Source of the DNA: Felis catus | Taxonomy: Eukaryota | DNA: 64,000 nt | NCBI RefSeq assembly: GCF_018350175.1 | Contig: NC_058368.1 | Coordinates: forward strand, 99,512,001 to 99,576,000 | Direction: 5' to 3' | In this document: in pieces, positions 12,811-24,509 of the stretch | How positions within the stretch are numbered: position 1 is the first letter of the stretch | Layout: every line of letters begins with the position of its first letter | Notes under the pieces: generated by a model | Seen by the model: the letters and a program-made list of their open reading frames with translations, nothing else | Databases searched by the model: none | Told to the model about the DNA's origin: nothing | Made by a program: the position numbers and the translations under genes

Positions 12811-13398
12811 CAATAAATACTTCATATATTTAATATTCACCTGACATATCTGATATGAAGGATATGCAGGGTCTAAAGTGCAATATAATAGAGCAATGAC
12901 ATAGTTTAAAATTGAGACTGGTAAATTCAAGTAAGAATGAGTTCTGAATCACAAAGTTGAGTCATTCTTATAAAAATGACAGCGTCAGGGGAAGACGGTA
13001 AACAGTGTTCTGGGACTGTGAACCAAGAACTTGTCAGAGTCACTTTTCCACCAGGCAAAATTCATCATGTGATGGTCTTTGAAATATATCATTTTAGTGT
13101 TCTAACAAATGTAGTAGAGGTAGCCACAGCCAACCATGGGATCTATGAGAAACATTGGAATTGACTCTGTCGAATTACTCACGCTTCTCTAAAATCCTCA
13201 TACACAGCACATAAAATGAGATATCAGCTGATGGTTTTGTTGTTCGGATTTACTGTTGTAAAACCTCACTGTGAAAATTTCCCTTTATAGAGGATCAGTG
13301 AATAAATCCTATATAAAGTAAATAGTTGCTAGATTACATTCGGGATATTACATTTTCTCTGACAATCCAAGGCATGGGTTTGTCGAAAGAAATCTCAC

Positions 13399-13548
13399 CT
13401 GCCCTGTTTATTGTTAGCTAATGAGTAGACAGTGCGTATTTATAGCTAAGATGGCATAACAGAGTAAGCTCTCCCTGTGTTGCCATAAAGAGGAGCTACT
13501 TTAATACTTGCAGTTCATCTAATATAGTGTGACAGAATTATGGCATAC
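13399..13548 (-). pseudogene. Exon remnant, start of REJ module
   Basis: 150-nt phase 0-0 exon cag|VCHNSVTLY*MNCKY*SSSSLWQHRESLLCYAILAINTHCLLIS*Q*TGQ|gtgaga; parallels PKD1 VLAC...VLMRRSQRNYLEAHVDLRDC...YRWE. Confidence 0.6.
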
Positions 13549-13694
13549 CTGTCTGCATGTAAATGAAAATAAACAGTTGAAAAGTAAACACAAGGGATGC
13601 AGTGACTCATTATGGCAATAGTTAGAATACACTGAAAAGCACAATGCACAAACCACAAAAAATAAAAACGGGTACCAGACTTGATTCCCTCCCC

Positions 13695-15430
13695 CTTTTT
13701 TATGGAAGTAGAGTAGACCCACAGTGTCACATTAGTTTCACACATACATAACGGTGATTCAACATCTCTGTGCTTTATGCCGTGCTTACCACCACGGGAG
13801 CTACCATCTGTCACCTACGACACTATTAGGACACCATTCACCATTCACCATTCCCCTTGTGCACTTTTTATTCCTGTGTCTTATTCATTTCATAACTGGA
13901 AACTTGTATCTCCCGCTTCTCATCACCCATTTCTCCCTGCCTTTTCCCCTCTGGCAACCGCCAGTTTGTTGCCCGTGTTTATGGCTCTGTTTCTGCTTTG
14001 TTTATTCATTTGTTTTCTTTTTTTGATTCCACATGTAAATGAATAAGAAGGTATTTGTCTTTCTCTGTTCAACTTATTCCACTCACATCTTCTAGGTCTG
14101 TCCATGTTCTTGAAAATGTCAAACTCTTATTCTTTTAAGTCACTAATATCCCATTGTGTATATATACTATATCTTCTTTATCCATCCAGTATTAGTGGAT
14201 AAAGTTAGGTTACTTCCATATCTTGGCTATTTTAAATAATGCTGTATTATATGTAGAGGTGCATATATCTTTTTAAGCTACTAGTGTTTTTACTTTCTTT
14301 GGGTATATGCCCAGCAGTGGAATTACTGCATCGTATGTTATTTCCATTTTTAATTTTTGGTGCATCTTCCATATTGTTTTTCACAGTGACTGTCCTAACA
14401 GACATTCTCACTAACAGTACAGAACACTTGCTTTTTTCTCCACATCTTTGCCAACACTTACCATTTATTGTCACTTTAATACTAGTTATTCTGACTGCTC
14501 GGAGGTGATACCTCATTGTGGTTTGGGTTTTCATTTCCCTGACGACGAGTGATGTTGAGCACCCTTTCATGTGTCTTTGGCTATTTGTATATCTTATTTG
14601 GAAAAAAAAAAGTCTATTCTGGTCCTCTGTCCATTTCTTTTTTTTTTTTCCTCTGTCCATTTCTTAAATGGATTATTTGTGGGTTTGGTGTTGAGTTGTA
14701 CAACTTCTGCATTATTTTTGGTGTTAATTCTGTATTAGATGTATCAATTGTGAATACGTTGTCCCATTTGGTAGGTTGCCTTTTCATTTTCTTGATGTTT
14801 TACTTCTCTGTGCAAAATCTTTTTAGTTTGGTGTAGTCCCAGTAGTTACTTTTTGTTTTTGTTTCCCTTGCCTGAAGCGACATCTAGAAAAATGTTGGTA
14901 AGGCCAATTTCAAAAAGATTACTGCCTGTTTTCTTCTATGGGTTTTATGATTTCACATCTACTATTTTGGTCTTCTGAGTTTACTTTTATGTTTGATATA
15001 AGCAAGTGGTCCAATTTCATTGATTTGCATGTAGCTATCCTGTTTTCCCAGCACTTAGTGAAAAGACTGTCCCAGTCTTAGTGAAAAGACTGTCTTTTCC
15101 CCATTATGTATTCTTACCCTCTTTTCTCATACATTAATTGACCATATATTTGTGATTTTATTTCTGAGCTCTCCATGTGAGCTCACTGATCTATGTGTCT
15201 GTTTTTATGTCAGTACCATACTGTTTTGATTACTATAACTTTGTAATATAGTTTGAAACCAGGGAATGTGAAACCTTTCAAGATTAATTTTGATATTCAA
15301 GGTCTTTTGTGGTTCCACACAAATTTTAGAATACTTTGTTCCCATTCTATGAAACGTGCCATTGGTATTTTAATTGAGATTGAATTAAATATGTAGATTA
15401 TGTGGGTGTAGCATGGACATTTTAAAGTAG
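13695..15430 (-). mobile_element. 5'-truncated carnivore L1
   Basis: ORF2 motifs ([25 protein letters not shown]) and 3'UTR. Confidence 0.9.
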
Positions 15431-15680
15431 AATAATTTAATCTTCCCTTTAGATATAAGTGGTTTACTCTAATATTTAGCTCTCGAGATGACATTGAATA
15501 AACACATTAAGGGTGTCAGGATATGGGTTCACTAAAGAGGAAAGAATAGGAAAATAGTACATCTTGTTTCAGTACAGATTGTATTGAAAAGAGAACATTA
15601 AAAAAAAAATGAAAGTGAACATTTCTATCTAAGGATCCTAATGGCTAACTTAGCAAAATTTGCAGAAAGTAGTACAACTT

Positions 15681-16084
15681 TGTTGTGGATCCTCTTGTAT
15701 GCTACCCAGATCCACGTCAAAACTGAGAAATTGATCTCCCTGAGGATGGAAAGACTTTTGAGTAACAGATTTTGAACCCTTAGAATTCTAACTCAGCTGA
15801 AGAGAGCCTACCCCAATGTAGGCCTTTGTCAGAGACAGCCTGACTTTTTGCTACAGGGGCCTAAAGACCTAGGTCCCAAACAGAAATCCTCACAACTCAG
15901 TTGGGTCATCATTGCAGTGTTGGTTGAACCCTTCCTGGGACGGACTGCATTGCTGTCCATCTTCATTCTCTGTAGAAACTTGTATATTTATTTTCCCTTC
16001 CGTTGATGTTGATTCCAGTTCACCCCCTAATGATTTTCCAATGGCAACCTGTAAGTCCGCTTCCCCAGAAACACAGCCTTGACA
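15681..16084. mobile_element. LTR16-like ERVL solo LTR
   Basis: tgttgtggat...cccagatcc start, tcagctgaagagagcc core, cttcccc.g.aac...tgaca end. Confidence 0.55.
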
Positions 16085-16230
16085 TTCTCCAACCCTCTCC
16101 TCCTAACTGCCATTATTAGCATATCGAGTAACTAAAGGACATGTCTCTCCCTGGCCTTTGCATTCTTCCTTTGGCAATATATCCACGCCTTTAAGTGAGG
16201 GTAAAGAATGTAAATTCATTGTAAAAATAC

Positions 16231-16510
16231 TTGTTCCAGAGTTGGAGTTGTCGATGACAGGCTAGCTTTCTCCTGACTATTCTTGTCTAAAACCTCAAGA
16301 TAAAATCTCCCATAAGGGAATTTAGTTGTTATGAATTGGTTTTTCTTCTACCACCCCTATTGTATTAATCCTTAAGTCTGTTACTTTACAAGTGTCATCA
16401 CAAAAGTCATATGAGAGTTTTACGAGTTTACCTGTCCTGAGTAAAATTTGCAATAAAAACCATGAGGAAGACATCATAAGAAAGGGAGGGAATACTATCA
16501 CCAGAATTTC
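16231..16510 (-). pseudogene. Exon remnant, last PKD repeat before REJ
   Basis: ILLRTGKLVKLSYDFCDDT (compare GxxVxYxWDFGDG), then GRFYLEVLDKNSQ...TLEQ|gtattt, phase 0. Confidence 0.6.
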
Positions 16511-17116
16511 ATGCATCAGAGCAATCTGGTACAGGGACAATTTTATTTGCATGAAAGGGGTCTTCTTGTGGTCCTTTGTATTGCTTTAATTTTGGGTGAC
16601 GTCTAATCCTACCTGTTAAATCTCAATCCTTTTAACCTTTCATGATGATAGAATTTTCAAATATTCCTTATCATTTTTCTATCTATAATTACATAAATAT
16701 TATCTTACCCAAATAATTTGGTCATTCCCATCTGCAAAGCTAGAAGGTACATTAAGGAATTATATAGGAGACATTTAGTCATGACCTGTTATGCTGGAAG
16801 TTATCCCTCTGAAGATATTTTTTCACATGGGATGAATTATAGACCTTCAGTGACCCTCCCTCACCTATTTGAGCTCTCACCATCCAATACTAGGCTTTTA
16901 GCCTTTGCACACCACAGAAGGGAAAGCTACCTGCTCCTTTTCAGATAGGCTAAAGAAGATAAACTGTGTGGATGTAATAAAATTGGTAATAGCCATGGGT
17001 GTTGCTTATATCCAGGCAGTGCTAATCCCATGAGAAAGACTATCCCCTTATGATCTCTTACATGCAAGCACATGTCTGATGTTGATATGCAGACTGCATA
17101 ATTGTAAATTACTTAC

Positions 17117-17420
17117 AGCATCAGTTGAATCCTTGAGGATCTTATCTAAAATCTTAGGCCTTTTCACTTCTTGCATATGACTTCTTAATGTACTGCAGAA
17201 GCCAAATGAAAGCATTTCTCAGATGTTATCCACAGTAAAATGTGACAAAACTGTATACACAAGAATGTTTTCTGGCTCATATTTTTGTCTGTTTGGAAGG
17301 TATAGGTGGGCCTGCCAATTCTCCATGAGAAAGATTGCTGGATATAAGACCTTTGAACAGATTATTTCCACATGCATCCATAGTCCTTCACATGCACCAA
17401 GCTGAGAGCTGACCAAAACA
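17117..17420 (-). pseudogene. Exon remnant
   Basis: ccctatag acceptor and GCT|gtaagt donor; long mostly open frame VLVSSQLGACEGLWMHVEIICSKVLY; FSWRIG in a shifted frame. Confidence 0.5.
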
Positions 17421-17599
17421 CTATAGGGTAAGACATTAAAAAACAATGCTACATAAGCAAATTATTTAGCTGCTCATGTACCTTTTACTCTTTATTCAAG
17501 GATTTGCAACCTTAAATCAGTTGTGTTTCAGTCAACGGTTTTGGGCATCATTTGCTAGGTACTAGAAATTATAAGATAAAAAATAAAGTGTCCTCAAGG

Positions 17600-17730
17600 A
17601 CTGAGTTTAATGCAACTGAAAATCAGAACTCAAGAATTAATTACAGCTCTAGGCCATAGAAAGGAGTTAGTTTCAATGCCACTGTGACTTGAATATTCTT
17701 CTGGTTTTACCTGAGATGGGATGATGTGAG
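17600..17730 (-). pseudogene. Exon remnant, PKD-like start
   Basis: tcttgtctttgtcttacag|HIIPSQVKP (frameshift) KNIQVTVALKL. Confidence 0.4.
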
Positions 17731-17989
17731 CTGTAAGACAAAGACAAGAGTGAGCATAATCCTTTGAAGAGATTTTGTGTTTGCCCTTACCCCATCTCTT
17801 TGGAGTAGAAGAACCATTTGAGAGTAATTTCTCTTCATCCCAGTTCTCCCCCATCTATGGTGCTCCTTTTGAAAAAAATATTTTCTTTATTAGTCCCTTT
17901 ATTAGTGCTTGGGAGAGGATGACAGAGATTGAGCATATTAGAGAACGAACTGGTGATGATATCTGTTGTTTGTGGAGAAATTTAGAAAC

Positions 17990-18267
17990 TAAGAAACTAA
18001 GAAATTTACAGATGGGAAGACTGTCCTCAACTTGAAACAATGTCTTTCCTGGAGATAAGCTCTGGTTATTAGGGAATTTATTTTACTTATAAAAAGAATG
18101 TCTAACTGAACAGGTGGTTGGAACTGTCTTGGAAAGATTTTTTCCTATCAAAAAGGAGGTCAAACAAGCAAGCTAACTTCTGCATCCATCAAAACTCTTT
18201 TGCTTACCCTCTCCAATTCTTTCCCTTGGTAGTAAAAAGAAACTGCTGCAAAGTTGACAGATAATTC
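17990..18267 (-). pseudogene. Two exon remnants (18208-18267 and 18144 to about 17990) forming one PKD repeat
   Basis: ELSVNFAAVSFYYQ (frameshift) IGEG|KNLSKTVPTTCSVRHSFYK*..NNQSLSPGKTLFQVEDSL across a 63-nt gtaagc...tttgatag intron. Confidence 0.55.
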
Positions 18268-18529
18268 CTAAAATCCTAGATTTGTTCTAATATTTCTTTG
18301 CTCAGGTTAAAATGTATTAATCCAACATTTTAAAGATGATATTATGTGAATTCACTTATAAAATATAATTGCTATAACACTCCTTCAGTAGTGGTTCCTT
18401 TGGATGCTGCAATGCATGTCCAGTTCTAGATTCTCCTTTGTACTTAACCAGTAAGGCACAATTTTCACATTTCAACACATCGTTTAGGAGCACACAGGTT
18501 TGTACGTTTCCAATTTTCTTTTTCATTAC

Positions 18530-18760
18530 TCTAGTGCCACAATATAATTGGATCTGCAATTACTAACATAGATCTCCTCTTAGAATCTCCCACCCTTAGA
18601 AATTTAGAGACTGAAATTCTGAGAAATGCTTTAATGGCATTCTCTTGATGTCTCCCTTATTCAAAGGAAAATTTACCCTGAAGTGCCACAAGACTCTTTC
18701 ATCAGCAGTGAAGCTATGTTGATTTATGAAATAGAGTAGTTGCCATGCATTAGTATGAAG
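18530..18760 (-). pseudogene. Possible exon remnant, PKD-like
   Basis: HSFTADERVLWHFRVNF and MLVIADPII (compare VxVxEPI); boundaries unclear. Confidence 0.35.
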
Positions 18761-19150
18761 GAAGAGCAGCCGTGTGTAGTGAATAATAGGGAGAAAGAGA
18801 GACAGACACACAGACAGACAGACACCTGGAAGAAACAGAATGATAGATGCACTTAATATGGTTCTGCACAAAACCAAGGAGTTCTCTTTTACAGGAATAA
18901 TAGAGAAATGATCTCTAGTAATAGTCCTGGATGTCATTCTCTCACATGTACAACACGCTCCAAAAAAATAGAAGCATTACATACAACACCCAGTGCTCAT
19001 CCCAACAAGTGCGAGCTGTTGCATATGAGCAATGAGCCACGGGAATCTACCCCCAAAAACCAAGAGCACACTTTACACGCTGTATGTCAGCCAATTTGAC
19101 AGTAACTTTTAGTAAAAACTAATTTAAAAATATAAACAATAGAAAACTAA

Positions 19151-19420
19151 AGGGGCGCCTGGGTGGCGCAGTCGGTTAAGCGTCCGACTTCAGCCAGGTC
19201 ACGATCTCGCGGTCTGTGAGTTCGAGCCCCGCGTCAGGCTCTGGGCTGATGGCTCAGAGCCTGGAGCCTGTTTCCGATTCTGTGTCTCCCTCTCTCTCTG
19301 CCCCTCTCCCATTCATGCTCTGTCTCTCTCTGTCCCAAAAATAAATAAACGTTGAAAAAACAAATTTAAAAAAAGAGAAAAAAAAAGAAAAAAAAAGAAA
19401 AAAAAAGAAAAATAAATACA
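19151..19420 (+). mobile_element. Young felid SINE (SINEC_Fc type)
   Basis: ggggcgcctgggtggcgcagtcggttaagcgtccgacttcagccagg; long A-rich tail. Confidence 0.97.
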
Positions 19421-19642
19421 ATAAAATATTTTATATGATGTAAAATATTATGCTGGGAAGTTCTTTAACTTTGTAAGTTAACCAGAAAAGTAAATAATTT
19501 TTACAAATACTCTACATGAGCATGCAATTAATAATTTTGCCCCCAAAGTTACCTTCCTCTGAATCTGGCTTTTTCTCAAAGAACCTGTATTGTATTTTTT
19601 CTGCCTTTCCCTTGCTCACCCTCTCCTTTTTTTTTCTCTTAC

Positions 19643-19650
<8 letters not shown>

Positions 19651-19676
<26 letters not shown>

Positions 19677-19697
19677 CGCACGCGTGTGTGTGTGTGT
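19651..19697. repeat. (TG)n microsatellite
   Basis: Visible. Confidence 0.95.
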
Positions 19698-19731
19698 AGC
19701 TTAAAATGTTAAGATCCAGGTGTGTGCTTAC

Positions 19732-20482
19732 TGTGACCTGCCATATTTGTATTTGGTGTGTACCTAACATTTTAGCCAGCTGAATACACAATGGTCGACC
19801 TGATTGTGCACATAGGTGCCAAAATATACAATCCTCTTTGTTTATTCTTCCAAATTATTACCCCAAGTAAGACCCCCTCTTAATGAGGTGCTCATTACAG
19901 TAATTCCTCTTGATCTGCAGAGTATGTGTTCCAAGACATCCAGCCCCCAGTCGACGTCTGAAACCTAGATAGTACCAAACCCTGTGTATACTATGTTTTT
20001 TCCTAAACATGCATACGTAGGATAAAGTATAATTTATAAAGTAGACACAGTAAGAGATTAGCAACAATAACTGGTAATAAAATAGAACAATTATAACAGT
20101 ATGCTGTAATAAAATTATGTGAATGCGGTCTCTCCACACCTCACTCTCAAAATACTGTACCAGATTCACCCTCCTTGTGTTGATGCGACTTTACAAAGTG
20201 CCTACGTGATGAGAAGTTAGGTTCATGACACAGGCACTGTGACTTAGTGCTTGATGATAAGACGTAAGGAGGATCACCTGCTTTGGGGCCTGTGTTAACT
20301 GTGAATTAACTGAAACTGGAAAACAAAACGATGCATGAGGAAGGACTAATGTATTCCCAAAGAGTTCTGTTCCATAATCAGATTTGGATAATATTAAAAT
20401 TCTTTCTATTACATCAAAATCCATTACCCTGTATTTTCTGCCCATTTAACCTACTTGAAACCATTTCAGCAGTTGTAGTTAA
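19732..20482 (-). pseudogene. PKD-repeat exon split by a MER44 insertion (19898-20351)
   Basis: Removing the element and one TA gives the in-frame read FDVIERILILSKSDYGTELFGNNEHLIKRGSYLG**FGRINKEDCIFWHLCAQSGRPLCIQLAKMLGTHQIQIWQVT|gtaagc. Confidence 0.65.
19898..20351. mobile_element. MER44/Tigger7-derived DNA transposon
   Basis: cagta... left terminus, ...gactaatg right terminus, TA on both sides; internal MER44 motifs (gttccaagac..cccccagt, cacagtaagagatta.caacaataact). Confidence 0.85.
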
Positions 20483-20487
20483 CTGAG

Positions 20488-20500
20488 TGCTATGGTCTGA

Positions 20501-20547
<47 letters not shown>

Positions 20548-20861
20548 TGTCCCACACCCTGCCAAATTCATATATTGAAAACCTAATGCCCAAAGGTATT
20601 GGGACCTTTTGGATGTGATTAGGTCATGAGGGCACAGCCCTTGTGTATAAGATTAATTTCTTTATAAACAAGGCTCTGGAGAGGTAGCTCCTCCCTTCTG
20701 TCTTGTGAAGATATGAGAAGTGTATGGAAGGGCCTCACCCAACCATGCCAGCATCTTGATCTGGGACTTCTGGTCTCCAGTACTGTGGCAAATAACTTTC
20801 TCTTAAATATAAACTGCCTAGCTCACAGTAATGTGGTATAGAAGCCTGATGGACCATGACC
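20488..20861 (+). mobile_element. MLT1A0-type MaLR solo LTR with internal (TG)n
   Basis: tgctatggtctgaatg start; 5-bp TSD ctgag on both sides. Confidence 0.85.
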
Positions 20862-21224
20862 CTGAGGGGGAGTAGTCCCCAAGCCCCTCCCCCCCAGTCC
20901 TTCACTCCTGGTTTGCTGATAGGCTACTATCACTCACATATCCTACCAGAAGTAGGTTTTGTTCTAACTTCATCTACAACCCCCTGACTTGAGGTGGCTT
21001 ACCTTCCAGGACACATGGTTTTCCTCTAGCCTCATTTCATTTTTTTCCCCAGCAGTTGCATCATCTGAATGGAAGTAGAAACTTGTTCCACAGTAGTTAC
21101 TGTATTTCCACAAGGAGTACACTCTTCTATTATTTCTTCCATGTTTTCTACATTTTTTAAAAATAATTTACAGGTTTCTCTTAGAAATAATATATTTGTA
21201 ATAGTTGTGACATTTAAAGTTCTT

Positions 21225-21440
21225 GGGGCTCCTGGGTGGCTCAGCCAGATAAGCAAACCACTCGTGATTGCCACTTAGGTCATTATCTCACAGTTAGTGG
21301 GTTCGAGCCCTGCATCGGGCTCTGCACTGACAGCGCAAAGCCAGCTTGGAATTCTGTCTCTCCCTCTCTCTCTCTGCCCCTCTCTGGTGTGTACTCTCTC
21401 TTTCTTTCTCTCTCTCAAAAATAAATAATCATTAAAAAAA
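21225..21440 (+). mobile_element. Can-SINE
   Basis: SINE consensus. Confidence 0.9.
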
Positions 21441-21596
21441 ATAAGATTCTAATATGATGTTATCTTTTCCCATAGGAATTCATGAACATAAATTTTACAT
21501 ATCCCATAATTCCTTGTTTCTTTATATTGCATCTCATCTATGTTTCCTGCCCCCCACCTGTTTCTTACATTTTTTGGATATGAATAGTTTACTATT

Positions 21597-21822
21597 CTTT
21601 TTAATATTTATCTATTTATTTATTTTATTTTTGAGAGAGAGAGAAAGAGAGAGAGAGCATGAGTGGGGGAGGGGCAGAGAGAGAGGGAAACACAGAATCT
21701 GAAGCAGGCTCCAGGCTCTGAGCTGTCAGAACAGAGCCTGACGTGGGGCTTGAACCCACTAATCATGAGATCATGACCTGGGCCAAAGTTGAATGCTCAA
21801 CCACCTGAGCCACCCAGGTGCC
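21597..21822 (-). mobile_element. Can-SINE
   Basis: SINE consensus on minus. Confidence 0.95.
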
Positions 21823-22502
21823 ACAAGAGTTTATTTTAATTTCAACATTTTTTGTCTGTACTCTTGTCTTCTTTTTTAGTTTTTATTTAAACTCCAGTTA
21901 GTTACCATTTATTCTGTACTAATTTCAAAGTGATACAACCTGTTTCTAACTTTTACTTGGTACCCAAGAAACTGCAATATGAATATTTAGTTTAATTTTG
22001 TCATCTTTAATCTCATGTGACTTACACTTGTTGTTGGAATACTTGTTAATTCTATATTTTTAAAATTTGATCCCTAGGATATATCATTATGTTTTCAAGT
22101 AGTCTATATTTAATTAAGTTTCCTACCATTTTCCTAGTTACTTTTCCCCATATCTTTCCTGTTCTTTAAATCTTCCAGCTGGAATGGAAATTCAGCATTC
22201 AAAAATCCTCCAGGTATGTCTATATTTTGTTTTCTGGAAACAGTTTTCTTGTGGCCATACTCTTGAAATAAATCTTCACCAGGCATCTGTTCCTTATTCC
22301 AGCACAGAAGGAAAGACCGTTTGTCTGTCCTCTGGATCCAGCTGTGGCTTCTGGGAAGTCCCTTCTCAGTCTGAATGTTACTTTTTAAAGATATTTTTGT
22401 CTATTTCTAAAATGATCTTTTTGTCTTATCGGGTTTGAAATTGCACCATAAAGTGTCTGGATGTAAATCTCCTTATATCTGTCACACTTGAGATTTTCTC
22501 TT

Positions 22503-22776
22503 TGTCTTGGTCCATTTGGGCAACTCTAACAAAAATATCATAAACTGGATGGCTTCTAAGCAACACCCATTTCTCAGAATTTTCTATAACATTACATGGC
22601 AGGAGAGGCAAGGGAATGTTCTCAAGCATCTTTTATAAGGGCACTCACCCCATTCATGAGGGATCCACTTTCATGACTTAATCACCTCCCAGTAACCCGA
22701 CCTCCTAATACTATCACCTTAGGGGTAAGGTTTCAACATAGGAATTTTGAGGGACACAAGCACAGGGATCATAGCA
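22503..22776 (-). mobile_element. MLT1A-type LTR (internally deleted) inside an old L1
   Basis: tgtcttggtccattt...cccattcatgaggg...catagca. Confidence 0.8.
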
Positions 22777-22962
22777 ATTTTTCTTTGATTCTGGATGAAT
22801 GGGTGGAGATCTTTCATCACTTCTGAAAAATTTTCTGGTAAGATCTTTTCTGCTATGTTTTTTCCCAAAGCACTCTGTGATCTTCTATAACGTTGGTAAG
22901 ACAAATATTTGATGCATTTTATATTCATATATTTTACATCCCTCTAATAGTTTGCATCCTTT

Positions 22963-23168
22963 GTGGTGCCTGGGTGGCTCAGTTGGTTAAGCATCTGACT
23001 TTGGCTCAGGTTATGATCTCGCAGTTGGTGAGTTGAGCCCTGTATCGGGCTCTGTGCTGACAGTTCAGAGCCTGGAACCCACTTTGGATTCTTTGTTTCC
23101 CTCTCTCTGTCTGCCCCTTTCCTGCTCACGCTCTGTCTGTCTCTCTCAAAAATGAATAAACTTAAAAA
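22963..23168 (+). mobile_element. Can-SINE
   Basis: SINE consensus. Confidence 0.95.
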
Positions 23169-23309
23169 TACATATATTTTGCCTCCTTTATCCTTCTTTG
23201 GTATATTATTTGGCATATCCTTCTTTGGTATATTTTCTGCTGTCTGTTCAAATCTAGCATAATATAAAAATTATCCACTGGCACACACAAAATGGGCAAT
23301 TGAAGAGAT

Positions 23310-23692
23310 TTTTCTTATATATTTATTTCTTTAATTCCAGTATAGTGAAAATGCAGTGTTATATTAGTTTCAGGTATACATTAGAGTGATTCAACACTTC
23401 CACCCATCACCTAGTGCTCATCATGGTAAGTGTGCTCTTAATCCCCTGAACTTCTTTCACTCACCCCTCCACCCACCCCCCCTCTGGTAACGACCATTTC
23501 TCTGTATTAAAGAGTCTATTTTTTGGTTGGTCTCATTTTTAATTAGTTCTTTTTTTCTTTCATTCTACATACAAGTGAAAACATATAATATGTCTTTCTC
23601 TGAGTGACTTAATTTCACTTAGCATTATAAACCCTAGATACATCCATGTTGTTGCAATGGCAAGATTTCTTTTCAATGTCTGAGTAATATTC

Positions 23693-23743
<51 letters not shown>

Positions 23744-24320
23744 GATAGATAGATAGATAGATAGACCACCTCTTCTTTATCCACTCATTTATCAATGCAC
23801 ACTTGGGTTGCTTCTATATTTTGGCTAGTGTAAATAATGATGCAATAAACAGAGAGGTACATATGTCTTTTGAAATTAGTGTTTTCATAGTCTTGAAGTA
23901 ACTACCCAGTGGTGGAATTACTGGATCATATGTTAGGTAATTCCTTTTGTTAAATTTTTTATTCAAATTTCAGTTAGTTAACTTACAGTGTAAGGTTAGT
24001 TTCAGGCGTACAATATGGTGATTCAACACCCACTGCTCATCACAACAAGTGCACGCCTTCATCTCCATCACCTGCTTAACACATCCCCCTACCAATCTCC
24101 CCTCTGGTAACCATCAGCTTATTGTCTATACTTAAAAGTCTTTTTCTTGGTTTTGCTCTCTTTCTCTTTTTTCCCCTCTTTGCTCGTTTGATTTGCCTCC
24201 TAAATTCCACATACAAATGAAATTGTATGGTTTTTGTCTTCCTTTTATTTATTCCATTTAGCCTAATATGCTCTAGTTCCTTCTATGTCATTGCATATGG
24301 AAAGATTTAATTCTTTTTTC
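23310..24320 (-). mobile_element. Two stacked L1 3' ends with a (TG)n(TAGA)n microsatellite
   Basis: Two successive L1 3'UTR + ORF2-end copies. Confidence 0.85.
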
Positions 24321-24509
24321 TTCTATTTTACTGCCATTTTTATTTAAGTAGCAGAAGTATAATAGAAGATTAGTTTGCTCTAGTGAAAATTTGTCCTTTT
24401 TTTCACAAACCAAGGAAGAAAATGGAACTGATAATCAAACGGGGGGCAATGTCACAGAGACATAATATTTTAATTATTATTTGTTATAAATTATGCTTTG
24501 AAAAAGCTA

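Noticed and set aside
16490..16590. Alternative minus frame FHANKIVPVPDCSDA*NSGDSIP resembling a PKD WxFGD motif
   Set aside because: Too close to the YDFCDD motif to be a separate repeat; probably coincidental, unresolved.
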